Origin: Callorhinchus milii | Taxonomy: Eukaryota | DNA length: 64,000 nucleotides | Reading direction: 5' to 3' | NCBI RefSeq assembly: GCF_018977255.1 | Contig: NW_024704743.1 | Location: 37,202,001-37,266,000 of the forward strand | Shown: one piece after another, positions 27,771 to 39,300 of the stretch | Position numbering within the stretch: position 1 is the stretch's first letter | Layout of the letters: every line of letters begins with the position of its first letter | Notes under the pieces: model-generated | Told to the model about the DNA's origin: nothing | Databases searched by the model: none | What the model saw: the letters and a program-made list of their open reading frames with translations, nothing else | Made by a program: the position numbers and the translations under genes

Positions 27771-29914
27771 AACCCCTTCTGGTTATTTCTATTTTCCTCA
27801 TGATGTGTATGTGAAGTTTCCGTGTACAAAGTACATTTTGTTCTTTTATCTTTCAACGAAAGACCCTCAAGGATAATTTGATAATATAATTTCATGCAGG
27901 TTCACAGTGTTAGCAGTAGCTCAAATGCAATGTGCTCACGAGGACCAATGGTCATGATATGTAAATTCTGAAGAAAATCAGACCCCAGACTTCCTTCAAT
28001 ATACAAGAAGCTATGGGAGCTGGGAATGTTTGCATTAACCCAAGGAGGCTCGCGGGAGATTTTTTTGAAGTATTTAAGATTATAAATGTTTGACACAGTC
28101 AACAAATCGAGAACAAAGAGATAGGGAGAAAAGCTCCAAAAAACACAGGTGAACAGACTGGTTAGATTTGTCTCTTCACTTTCACAAATTTCTAACATGT
28201 AAACCAGATATCAACAGGCTATTGTATGAAATACATGCTTTTCTCACTTACTTCTACCAGAAGTCTTATGAGATAGAAGTCTTAATTGTTAAAAGTCATT
28301 AAAGGTTAAGAAAATTATGGAGGTAAAATTACGGAGGTTCAAAGTATTCCCCTTCATCCTGTCCTGAGATGGAGAGGGGAGACGGATATTTCTTTGGACA
28401 GCCGGGTGTCTGGCACATATGCAAACCCATCACTATGCTTAAGTGACTTTAAACAAGACTGAGAGTTCGACATAGTTATGCCACCTACACATGGAAATTT
28501 CTGTGTGTCTGGAATAAAATTCCCACAGTTTGCCCAGCTCGGGCTCCTGAAGATCTTTCTCTTTGAGTGTGCCTACAGTCACCTCCCCGCTCTCCCTAGC
28601 TTGGCATCAAGCACCACCACTGTTAAGTGCTCTAAGATGCTATCCCGTGTGAAAGGCACTGTATAAATGCAAGTCGTTGATGTACTGCGTTTACATTGCC
28701 ACATGGCACCGCTCCAACTTCTACTCTCTGCCCTCAAAATCTTTTTACTAAAGTAACTTGCATTTGATGCCGCGAGCTTCACCTCAGGCAGACATCTCAA
28801 GGTGTTTCAGAGGATTTCCTGTCAATAGAATAAAAAAATAAAACTGATCGTTCACTTCATGGCTGTAGAGTATAGTGACTGTGTATTTTGTGGGAAATTG
28901 CGGCAATCAATTTGTGAGCAGCAATGTTCCACAAACAGCCCTGAAGGGAACGACCAACTTTTATCTACCAAGCAGGGAATTTCAAAAAAAAATTCCTCTC
29001 CTTAAAAGTTCCACTCAACAGTGACTCTTAAACCCCGAGATTTTCCTTCGTGTTTGATTATTCTTTCAAATATCGTGAATGAGAGAAAAAAAAATTTTTT
29101 TTTTGGGTGTGGGGGGGGGGGGTCCAGCTTTAAGAGCGGAGGTGCAGACTGAGCGCATTGCTCTGTATTTCCCCCCCCACCCCCCCCTGCCCGTCCGCTA
29201 CACACACACAGACAGACACACAGACAGACACACAGGACCGTACGGACGGTCCTGTGTGTCTGTCTGTGTGTGTGTGTGTCTGTCTGTGTGTGTCTGTCTG
29301 TCTGTGTGAAACGTTGCTCATCGCAAAGGGATCGGCGGCTGAGGTCAAGCGTTTGAACGTCACCCTTCAATGAACAAAACACAAGAGTTTTGAGACTCGG
29401 TGCTCTTCCCCCCCAAAAAAACATTAGGGTATTCGTGTTGTTGTTTTAGATATCCGGATATAAAAGTTTCCTAAAAAGGGAGAGAGAGAGAGAGAGTGTT
29501 GGAGGGAAAGGAAAGGAAAGGGGGGGTTTAAGAAGTTGCTGAGAAACTTCCGCAGTGGGCGCGCCATTGTAATGCACGGGATCACTCGTGAGCCCAGAGC
29601 CCGACGCAGCTCCCAGGAGGATCAGGATCAACAACAACAACAACCACCACCACCACCACCAGCAGCAACAACTAACTACAAAGCTACGTTTATGCAGCGC
29701 CATTCACGTCGGAGCGACGTCCCAAGGCGCTGGACGGTGAAGCGTCTGCACCCGACCTGGGGAGTCGGAATCCAACCGAGATGTTAAATGGGGGAATTGG
29801 AATCGATTGAATCGGGACAGAAACTGGGAGCCGGCGGTCAGGCCCCGGAGAGAGAGTGTGTGTGTGTGTGTGAGCCGCAGCTACAGGGGAGGAGGCGGAG
29901 GAGGAATCAGCCCG

Positions 29915-30552
29915 GTCTCCCCCTCCCTCCCTCTGTCTCCCCCCTCCCCCTCTCCCCCACCTCCCCTCTCCCTCCCCTCCCCCCCCCCTCCTCTCCTCTC
30001 TCTCTCCCCGCATCCCTCCCCCCCTCCCTCTCCCCCTCCCTCTCTCTCCCCCCCTTCCCTCTCCCCCCTCCCTCCCTCCCTCCCTCTCTCTCCCCCCTCC
30101 CCCTCTCCCCACCTCTCTCTCTCTCCCCCCTCCCCCCCCTCCCCTTTCTCCCTCTCCCCCTCTCTCCCCCCTCTCCTCTCTCCCCCCTCCCCCTCCCCTC
30201 TTCCCCCCCTCCCTCCCCTCTCTCCTCCCTCCCTCTCTCCCCCCCTCCCCCCTCCCCCCCTCCCCTCTTCCCCCCCTCCTCCCCTCCCTCCCTCCTCTCT
30301 CCCCCCCTCTCCCCCCCTCCCCTCTCTCCCCCCCCTCTCCTCTCTCCCCCCTCCTCCTCTCTCCCCCCTCCTCCTCTCTCCCCCCTCCCCCCCTCCCCCC
30401 TCTCTCCCCCCTCTCCCCCTCTCCCTCTCCCCCTCCCTCTCCTCTCCCCCCTCCTCTCCTCTCTCCCCTCCCCCCCTCTCCTCTCTCCCTTCTCTCCCCC
30501 CCTCCTCTCCCCTCTCCCTCCCCCCCTCTCCCCTCCCCCTCTCCCCCCCCCC
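29915..30552 (+). repeat. ~640-bp near-pure C/T low-complexity tract (G-rich on the minus strand)
   Basis: Almost only C and T, with many C3-C10 runs. Source of the spurious P/S/L and G/E/R ORFs. Confidence 0.95.
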
Positions 30553-31101
30553 GGGGTGGGGCCGTGTCGCGCGGCCCCATTGTTGCTCGAGAACAAACGA
30601 ACGGACGACCGATTTGACTTCACTGTGGAAGAGTGAGAGACGCCTCTCTCTGCGGAGGGGCGGCGCTGTGACTGGTGGGGGGTGTGAGGCGGTGTGAGGG
30701 GGGACCCGGTGTCACAGACCCATCACCGGCGGCGGCGGCGGTTTAAATCGCTGCTCGGAGTCTGTCGGCGGCACCGAGTCAGTCAGTGAGTGAGTGAGTG
30801 AGTGAGTGTCACTGACTCAGATCAACCCGACCCTCGGGGCGTGGAGTTCTCCTTCCCTTTGCTGCCGCGCCGGCGGGTTCCCCCTCGAGTGGGGGCGACC
30901 CTCCCCTCCTCCTCCTCCTCCCACCCCCACCCCCCGGCGGACCAGGAGTACTTCTCCCCCCTCTCTCGCATCGTCACTTGGCCGTGTGTGTGGCCCCGTC
31001 GTCTCGATGTCCCGGGAGCGGAGACCCGGGAAACTTTTTGTGAGCGGGTGAACTTTCCACTGGAAGCTGTTTTGCTTCGCTCCTCCGCCGTCAAAGTGAA
31101 G

Positions 31102-31258
31102 TTCTCTCTCTCTCTCTCTCTCCCAAACACACACATATATATATATACACCAAATATATATATATATATATACACCAAATATATATATATATATACACCA
31201 AATATATATATATACACCAAATATATTGATATATATATATTTATATATATCTATTTAA
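31102..31258 (+). repeat. Compound microsatellite (CT)n-(CA)n-[(TA)nCACCAAA]x4 just upstream of the LIMD1 ATG
   Basis: Read directly from the sequence. Confidence 0.95.
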
Positions 31259-31259
31259 A

Positions 31260-32672
31260 ATGGATAAATACGAAGACCTGGGAGTGGAAGCGAGTAAATT
31301 TATCGAAGACCTGAACATGTACGAGGCGTCCAAGGATGGGCTGTTCCGAGTGAGGCAGGAGGCCTGCAAGCCCGAGTTCGAGGAGACCAGGCGGGTGTTC
31401 GCCTCCAAGATGAACAGGATCCACCTGCAGCAGCAGCAGCACCACCAGCACCGGCACCAGCAGCACCAGCAGCACCCGGAGGAGATGGTGATGGTGATGG
31501 CGGCGGCGGCGGCGGCGAACCCGGCTCCGGCTTTCGCGGGATGAACGGCGACGGCGGCGGCGGCGGCGGCGGCGGCGACCCCGACTGCCTCCCCTCGGCC
31601 GACAGAGCCGCGCTCGCACCCCACCAGCACCACCTCCTCCTCCTGCTCGGCGGGCAGGCGGCGGCCACCAAGCCGCCGGTGCGCGGATCGGCCGCGTCCA
31701 ACCCGCCCGCCGCCGCCTCCTCCTCTCCCACCCTTCACACCCCCCCGCCGCCCCCGCCGCCGCCGCCCCTCCATCAGCGGCTGCCCGATCTCCCGCGGCC
31801 CCCCGCAGGCGGCGGGTACTACCCCCGAGACGTCAGCCCGAGCCTGAGCCCGAGCCCGAGCCTGAACCCGCGCTGCGGCGACGGGAGCGGTTGCGAGAGC
31901 GACGGCGAGAGCTCCGGGAGCAGAGACCGAGCGCTCGGTCGCTGCGAACCGCCGCCGCCGCCGCCGCCGCCCTCGAGCCCGACCCGAGCCGAGCCGTCAG
32001 CTCAGGGAGACCTCCCTCACCCTCACCCCGGGCCCGGGCCCGGGCCCCGCCTGATCTCCCCCGACCAGGCGCCCCCCAGCCCCAGCCCCAGCGACCACCG
32101 GCAGCAGCACCGCTCCAGCCCGGGCAGCCCCCGCGCCAGCCTCGGGCTGTGTGAGCCCGCGGGCCCGGCCCCGGGCCCCCTCGATGCTGTCCCCGCCGCC
32201 AGCCCCAGAGACCCCCGGACCCCCGGCGGCAGCTCTGACCAGAGACCGCCGCCACAGCCACAGCCAACCCGGCGCTCTCCGCCCCTCTCCGCAGCTCCAG
32301 ACCCTCCGCCCAACCGGTCCGGGCCGCCGCCGCCGTCGGTCGCCGCCGGAGCGGGAGAAGCCGCCTCGCCTCGCCGGGGGGAGCCCGGGCCCCACAGCCC
32401 GGGGCAGACCCACCTCTGCCGAGCCTCCGCCTCCGCCCCCTCCCGCTCCCTCTCCCTCTCCCTCTCCCTCCAGCAACAGCAGCAGCAGCAGCCGCCGCCG
32501 GACTGCGGTGTCCGTGCGGCGGGCGGCAGCCCCCGGGAGCCCCGGGTCCGCCTGCCCTGCCACCCCCTCGGGCAGAGGGACCCGGGCCCGAGCTCGGCCG
32601 AGTTAAAACTGGAGGCTCTGACCGAGCGCCTGGAGCAGGAAATGGACGCGCATCCCAAGGCGGAGTACTTCG
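31260..32672 (+). CDS. LIMD1: LIM domain-containing protein 1, coding exon 1 (pre-LIM region), with an apparent 1-nt frameshift at or upstream of 31537-31544
   Basis: Strong Kozak context aaaATGG. The N-terminus MDKYEDLGVEASKFIEDLNMYEASKDGLFRV..PEFEETRRVFASKM is the LIMD1 signature. The end of the exon (PRVRLPC...SSAELKLEALTERLEQEMDAHPKAEYFG) is in a different frame (ORF 31541). Donor G|gtaagg at 32672/32673. Confidence 0.93.
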
Positions 32673-32905
32673 GTAAGGAAGCGGTCGGGATCCCGGGGGG
32701 TGGGGTGGGGGGGTCTCTGCACCATCTCTGCACCACCCCCCCCCTCTCTCTCCCTCTCCCTCTCCCCCCCCACACAGTGTTTTGATGTCGGTGTAAATGC
32801 AACAGGACCCCCCCCCCCCCACCCACCCCACCCCGGATGGTGGGAGAGCGGAAAGTTGTGCCGCTTCTTTCCAGAACCGAGTTGGATGGATTTCCCATTA
32901 GGAAA

Positions 32906-33238
32906 TTATAATAATAATAATAATAATCCTTGCATTTTGATCTCGCGCTTTTCACGTCGGGAGTTACGTCCCGAAGCGCTTCACAGAACACACCGCAAAG
33001 CGAATTTGACTGTGTGTTTGTGGGCGAACGCGGCAGCCGATTGCGCACAGCAATGTCCCACAAACAGTCGTGGATTGAAAATGACCAATTTATTATTGTT
33101 TTGGTTTTGGAGGGATTATTATTAGGCTCTGTGTGGAGTAAGGAAAGTTGCCCAAGGTTTCGCCCTCTGCCTGGAATTGAACTCAGGTCTCTCACTTGCA
33201 AAGCGAGTGCTCGAACCACTGAGCTACAGGACTCCACA
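32906..33238 (-). mobile_element. Full-length tRNA-derived SINE, short subfamily, in LIMD1 intron 1
   Basis: Reverse complement of the 22718 element, with an (ATT)n tail. Confidence 0.92.
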
Positions 33239-35179
33239 TAATGTCTGGAGATACGCTATATAGTTTGGGGCAGGACCATCCCACTGTTTGGATGGTGGAA
33301 GGTCAAACTGGATGGACCTCAAAGCCTTCTTTGCCCCTCACAAATGCTTATTGTAATGCGGAATCAGGTGTCGGGCCGCCGTGCGGAGAGCGCACGGACC
33401 TGGGGTGGGGTGGGCTTGGGGAGGGGAGGGTCGCCTCGCCTCAGGTGCACTTGTTTAAACAGGTCCTGTTGTCTGTCTCTGCTGACCGACTCGAACCAGA
33501 TCCCTTCCGGATCACTCCACGCAAAGTTGTGCAGATCTTTAGAATTAGTCTTGCGGTTCAAGTGAATTTCACATGTTGTCTCGTTAAAGGGATAATAAGT
33601 ACCCTCAGCCTTTCACTTAAAAAAATAATAATTTGGTCACTCAATCCTCCACTGTTTGTTTGACATTGCTGTGTGTTATTTGTGTTAAGCTCTCAAAACA
33701 TATAGTCAATTATTCACTTTACAGCGTATTCTGTGAAGGGCTATGAGACACAACAAAGTGATAAGGTACTACATCAAATGCAAGGATTGTTATTACAAGG
33801 ATTATAAAGTGCGGAGTAAATGCCAGTCAGTACTTAACCAATACTCTGATGTCACCAGTACCCAATGATCTCATGCCCTTCGTGAACAGTTTAGGTTAAA
33901 GATAGAATCTGGTTATCAGTGACTATTTTGTTTAAAAAAATCAATACTGTTGTTATGAAAGATCCTTTTATTATTATGAGAGATCACTTTATTTTTACTG
34001 TCTTGATTGCTGTTGACATAAGATGAGCAGTGGTGATCTGAGCTGACTAATTTCTTTGAGTAGTTACTGAGCTAAATGATGTGAAGCAGGGATGGTTATT
34101 AACCCAGAAAACTTCAGTGATCTTGTCTTTGTTAACTGTTATTTTCGCTCCTGCGTCATAATTATTATCACCCCTTTCTGCCATTTATTGCCTCCAATTT
34201 TCTACCTACCTACTAAAACATAAGTCACGTCACTTAACAGTGTATCCTGTGAAGTGCTTTGAGATGTCCTTTGGGACGTTGTCCCGACATGAAAGGCGTT
34301 ATATAAATGCAATTTGTTGTGGTTGCCCTCCCAATGTGAAAAGCGCACAATATCAAACATAAGGAGAATTTATTTACCCCCCTTTCCTCTCCCGAAGATT
34401 TTTTTTCTACTGGATTTCGTTTCACAGACACCAGCATCTCTCCACTACGTTTTCTTCATGTGCTAGCATTGGCATGGTATTTGAACATGTGAGCCATGAC
34501 ATTCTGTGCTCATCTGACCTGCACACTCGTACACCTTGCAGGAAGGGTCTCCAGATAGCAGTCAGGAGCAGAACCCCGGCTGATTCTCCCCCTCCCAAAC
34601 CCAGGAGCAGATAAGGCTCAAATGTGTTTGTCCACAAAACACACATTCACTGCACTTTTCAGCAAATCCTGTGAAGTGCTTTGTGACGTCTTCCTGATAT
34701 GAAAGGCGCTATGCCAAATGTAAGGACTATTATAAGTGATATTCTGTCTGAAAAGAGCTAATTTAGTGCTGACTGAGGAATATTAATGGACTGGGAGACA
34801 GTGATGCAGTGGAGATTTTCTTTTAAGATGGAAGCAGAGCAGAGAGTGCTGCACTGGTCGTACTAAATTTGGCCAGGGACTGCTTCATGCTAACCCTGGG
34901 GCCTGCAATGGAAACTATTTCCATTCTCCAGCTCTGATATTTTGCGCCTCAACGCTGAATGCAAACATATTTTTCTTAAAAAATAAAATCAAAAATTTGC
35001 ATTCAACGACCACCATTTATGTAAAAGAACGTCTCGAGGAGTTTCGAAATGTGGACACTGAGCAGAGGAAATAAGAGATTTAAAGATGTTAAGGCACAGT
35101 TAAAGAGATGTGCTTTTAGTGGTTAAGACAGGGTGAGAGGTACTGAAGCAAAGTGGTAATGAAAGAGAAATCCCGAAGG

Positions 35180-35365
35180 TAGAGTCGTAATAATAATAAC
35201 AAAAATCCTTAGATTTGATATAGCATCTTATCACATCATTGAGACTTCACTGAATATACTGTAAAGTGAATTGACTATATTTTGTGGGTGAAACGCGGCA
35301 GCCAATTGCGCACAGCAGTGTCCCGCAAACAGTCGTGGATTGAAGCGACTAATTTTTTTTAAGGA
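35180..35365 (-). mobile_element. 5'-truncated SINE
   Basis: Family body and tail. Confidence 0.8.
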
Positions 35366-35749
35366 ATTTTAGAATAGTAACACTTGTAATTTGATTTTAG
35401 TAATAAGAATTTTGTGTCTATTATGGCGAGAACATCTCAAAAGTGCTTCGGGTTTCTGTGTAATGACTCCATTTTATTGGTGAACGTGGCAGCCAGTTTG
35501 TGCTGAGCAATGCCTTGTAGCTGCAGTGAATGACCAATGTTATCTGGAGGATTATTAGCCAGGGCAGCGGGAGAAACTCCCTTCTCTTTTCAAATAGTTT
35601 GTGGGATTTTTAGCACCCATCTGAACAGGCAGAAGGGTTTAATGTCTCACCCAAAGGACGATACCTCTTTTGAAGGAATTAAGATTTGTTGAACTTAGTG
35701 AGAATCAAAATGTCTTAGTTGGTCCTGCGCAAACAGGCTAGCTTGATTT

Positions 35750-36360
35750 ACAACAACAAATTGTATTTGTATAGAGCCTTTCACGTCAAGAGGACATCCC
35801 AAGGAGATAAGCAGTTAGGGATTTGCACCCGAGCTTGGGGTTGGAATCGAGAAGGTTGGAGGGTAGAGGGAGTGGAAATAGGAATATGGCCAAAGACATA
35901 GTCAAAAAGGAAAGTCTTGAGATGGACCTTGAAGGAGGTGTTTAGTTTAGAGTGGCCGAAGGCCCGCCCGCCAATGGTGGGGTGGGCGAGGTGTGGGGCG
36001 TGAAGCAGCCCGGAACGCGCTGAGCGGAAGGAGCAAGCAGGATGGTAGGGGATTAGAAGGTCGGAGAGGTAGAGGGGAGTAAGGCTGGAGCGTTTTGAAG
36101 GTGAGGACCAGGAGGTGAGGACCAGGATCTTGAACTGTATCTCTGTGTGATGGGAAGCCAGTGAAGTCGGGTGAGGATGGGGTGATAGGGTAACGGAGCC
36201 TGGTGTTTGAGAGGACACAGGCTGCAGAGTTCTGGATAATCTGCGCCTATGGAGGGAGGGGTTGGGGAGGCCGACAAGCAAGGAGTTTGCATAGTCAAGC
36301 CTGTATGTTATTAATGCGTGTATGAGGGTTTTGGCGGCCTGCGGTGTGAGACAGTGAAAA
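35750..36360 (-). mobile_element. L2-clade LINE 3' fragment
   Basis: LIHALITYRLDYANSLLVGLP, frameshifted. Shared tail. Confidence 0.9.
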
Positions 36361-39300
36361 TGCATGTTATATCTTATTATTTATCCAGATACTGAATTCC
36401 CAGTAAGTGTTCTTTTAAAAAACAATTGCAGAGACAATTACAGATCATTTGTACTGAAGAAATGTTTTTTAAGATTGGTTAAAGAGCTTGGGGAGTGTGG
36501 ATTGTTCACATAGGGATAGAAATACCACCTAGTCTAGATTTACTCTACTATTATTATTAATTATTATTATTTTAAGAACTATAGAAAAAGGAGGCTTCAA
36601 AGTTATACCTTAAAATTAATATCTAAACAGTCATGCAATGTGTAAGGAAGTCTCACCTCCGTAGTGGTAAATGAAATGCCCAATGAATCTGATATGTGCT
36701 GTCCTGTATGAAGGGTGCTATATAATTAAGTTGGTGTTCATCAAATTATATAACGTGAAGTTTTCTCACTTTTTGTTGCTTTATTTCTCTACCAGCCCTT
36801 TTCATGGTTGTTTTTGCTGGACTTTGCTTACACAAAACAAAGTCACTACACTTCATAGTAAATTGCCTACAAAAATACATGGTCACGACACTTTATTATG
36901 AAACCTCGTCTAAAGGACGTGTCATCAGGCTGTTCAGGCAACCCATCAAATGCAAGGTTATTACAGTACTAGATCTAAAATCCCTGAAGGAAAGGTTGAA
37001 CCCAGTAACATGTACGCTGGAGGTATATCAACTGACCCTCGAGGTGCCTGGTGCGATCCTAGCACATCAGGACACCCGCAGAAAAGACAATCGTCTGTTC
37101 CTGTTGAAATAGTTAATTGAATATTTGGGCTTTGTTCTGTTCATGATCAGTGCTTGAATGAGCTGCCAATTCATTTATTAGTTATATACTTCAAAGAGAG
37201 TTGCTGGGACATTTGATGGCACACACAATGGGTCGATGCTGACCGCTGGTTGACTGACCGTTCAGCACCTTGTGTGTCAATGTGTAACGTGTCCACCTCC
37301 ACAATAAAGTGTTTTGCAGCAGCTGCTTCACCAGTCCAGGGTTCACAAGCTGAGTTTGAGAACACAGATCCTGGGCTCCATCCATTTCTCCCTGATTAAG
37401 GGTGAGGTTAATTAAGATTAGGTTAGGCCTGATCACTGGTAGTGAAGCAGGCATGGCGGGGGCGTGCCTGCAGAGCAAAGGGAAGGGACAGGTTCCAGAG
37501 GGTGGGGGCAGAGTGGCCGAAGGCCCACCCACCAATGGTGGGGCGGGCGAGGTGTGGGATGTGAATGCAAGTTCTCCTACATTTCCCTCTGTGGTGGTCC
37601 TGGTAGTCTGATTGTTGAGCCGGGTACTCCAGGATAATGTTAATAACAGAACAGACCGCTTGGTTCAATGGCATGGCTTGCAAGGGCAGACCAGTCGCTG
37701 GATGAAGAGATTCTTCCCACTTGACTCCTATTAACCCTGCAAACCAAAGCCCTAAGGTGGAAGAGTGGCCCTCGCTGGACAAGGGGGAGGAAACTTACAA
37801 GCAAGTGCAATTCAATGGCAAAGTAAGTTGAGACTCCAGCAGGTTAAGGTTAAGACTCCAGCAGTAACCCCAACCCACACTTTAAAGCTCTCAACCTGCA
37901 TCTGATACATTGTGGGATTGGATAGGCAGTGTTTGTCCTTTCAGAGGTTTTCCTTCTTCCCCTGAACCAGTACCAAACCACATGGTGCATTAGCCATTGG
38001 AGATAAACAGCAACAATAGGTTCTTGAGTGAGATTTGTTCCGGAGACTCGGGTCTGGTTGGGAATTTGAAGTTATTGTGTATTGTTTCATGAGAGTCGTT
38101 CTATTTTTAGATGAAGATAACCTCTGCAGTGTTCCTTGGGGGGCATTTGCATCCAGATGTGTGCCAGCATTACACACAGGACTTTGGAATTGTTTTAAAC
38201 AACTCTTGAATAAGATCTGCAGCAAAGCATTGATTTCAAGCCCTATCTCTCTCGGGAGCTAATGGGCAGCTTTAGAATTAGGTCATTGACTTCAAGGTTC
38301 AGGGTCCAGGGTCTGGGCAAAGGCTGCATTGTGAGAGGGATGAGCTAATTGGCAAACGTGCTGACCATGGCTATACAAACTTCGTAGCTGAAGGTGCAGC
38401 CCTATTGTACATACTGATCTCTTTGTTTTGTCCGTGAATGCAGATTCCACACTCAGCATTGGCACAGCTGTCCAAACAAACCAACTGTGAAGCAACCCCC
38501 CCCCCCCCCCCCCCTCATTCTCTCTCTTCCCCCTCCCCATTTTGGCACAGCGGTTGTTCTAGATGGGTGTGTTTCTGACACTGTGAAGTCCTGTGTCATT
38601 TTTAACTAGTGAGAAAAGCCCCGAGGAGGGGTGAGGTCAGTAGACGCTAGCATTCCAGCAGGATCCGCCCTTGCGTGTATTTCTCTCCTGTGGTTTTGAA
38701 GATTAATTATAGGCTTTTAACCCTGCCTCTCGCTGTTGCCGCAGACGCGTGTTCTGTGCTGGAGTTGGTGTGAGTGGAGAGCGCAGGACAACTTAAGGGG
38801 AAATGTGGTGACAGCGGGATTTTCTGCACCTCCACCTTTTTTGTTTCCTTCCTGCTTCCAGTTAAACACAACAGAGGAGCAGAGAAAGACAGAGGGCAAT
38901 GGGGGTACATATTAACAGTCACCCCATCACATTAGCAGTTAGTGCTCTGTGTCAGGGCTTCATTAACTTGGAGTCAATATTATTCTCAGGATTCAGCACG
39001 CTTTACCCTACAGAAAGCTGCTACTGCTCAGCATCTCCACTCCCATGCTGTAGCAAAGGAAGTATTTTAAATCAAAACCAGTGTTGTATTGGGAGGTAAG
39101 ATGGAAAGAATTTTCATTTATACAACCAAGGAGTTGTTCTTTGCTTTTACAACCTTTTAAGTTTGAAGTTGCTGATTGGAGTAGGTTGCTTCACCAACCT
39201 GTCCTCTCCCTCCATGCTGCAGGCACCGTGTGTGTTTGGTGTGTGGTGTCTGCGTGGCTTTGGTGCAAGCTTACAGAGGACAGGCTTTCTCTCATAAAGT

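Larger units (their letters stand above)
29540..33480. promoter_or_regulatory. LIMD1: CpG island over the LIMD1 promoter, 5'UTR and exon 1
   Basis: Sharp rise in GC and CpG relative to CpG-poor flanks. GC-box-like motifs at ~30553 and ~30657, TTTAAAT at 30742-30748 and Inr-like TCAGTC at ~30779. A TSS near 30780 is a guess. Confidence 0.8.

Noticed and set aside
29690..30697. Long Pro/Ser/Leu and Gly/Glu/Arg ORFs
   Set aside because: By-product of a C/T-only tract that cannot contain stop codons.
31290..31545. Canonical programmed -1 ribosomal frameshift in LIMD1
   Set aside because: No in-frame X XXY YYZ slippery site in the interval where the frame must switch.
31241..33237. Long antisense ORFs over LIMD1 exon 1
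   Set aside because: Stop-poor GC-rich shadow frames. The 404-aa one starts inside a SINE.
38899..39099. Alternative coding first exon for LIMD1
   Set aside because: The ORF ends in phase 2 at the donor while exon 2 needs phase 1. The phase-compatible frame has a stop at 39068 and no ATG after it.
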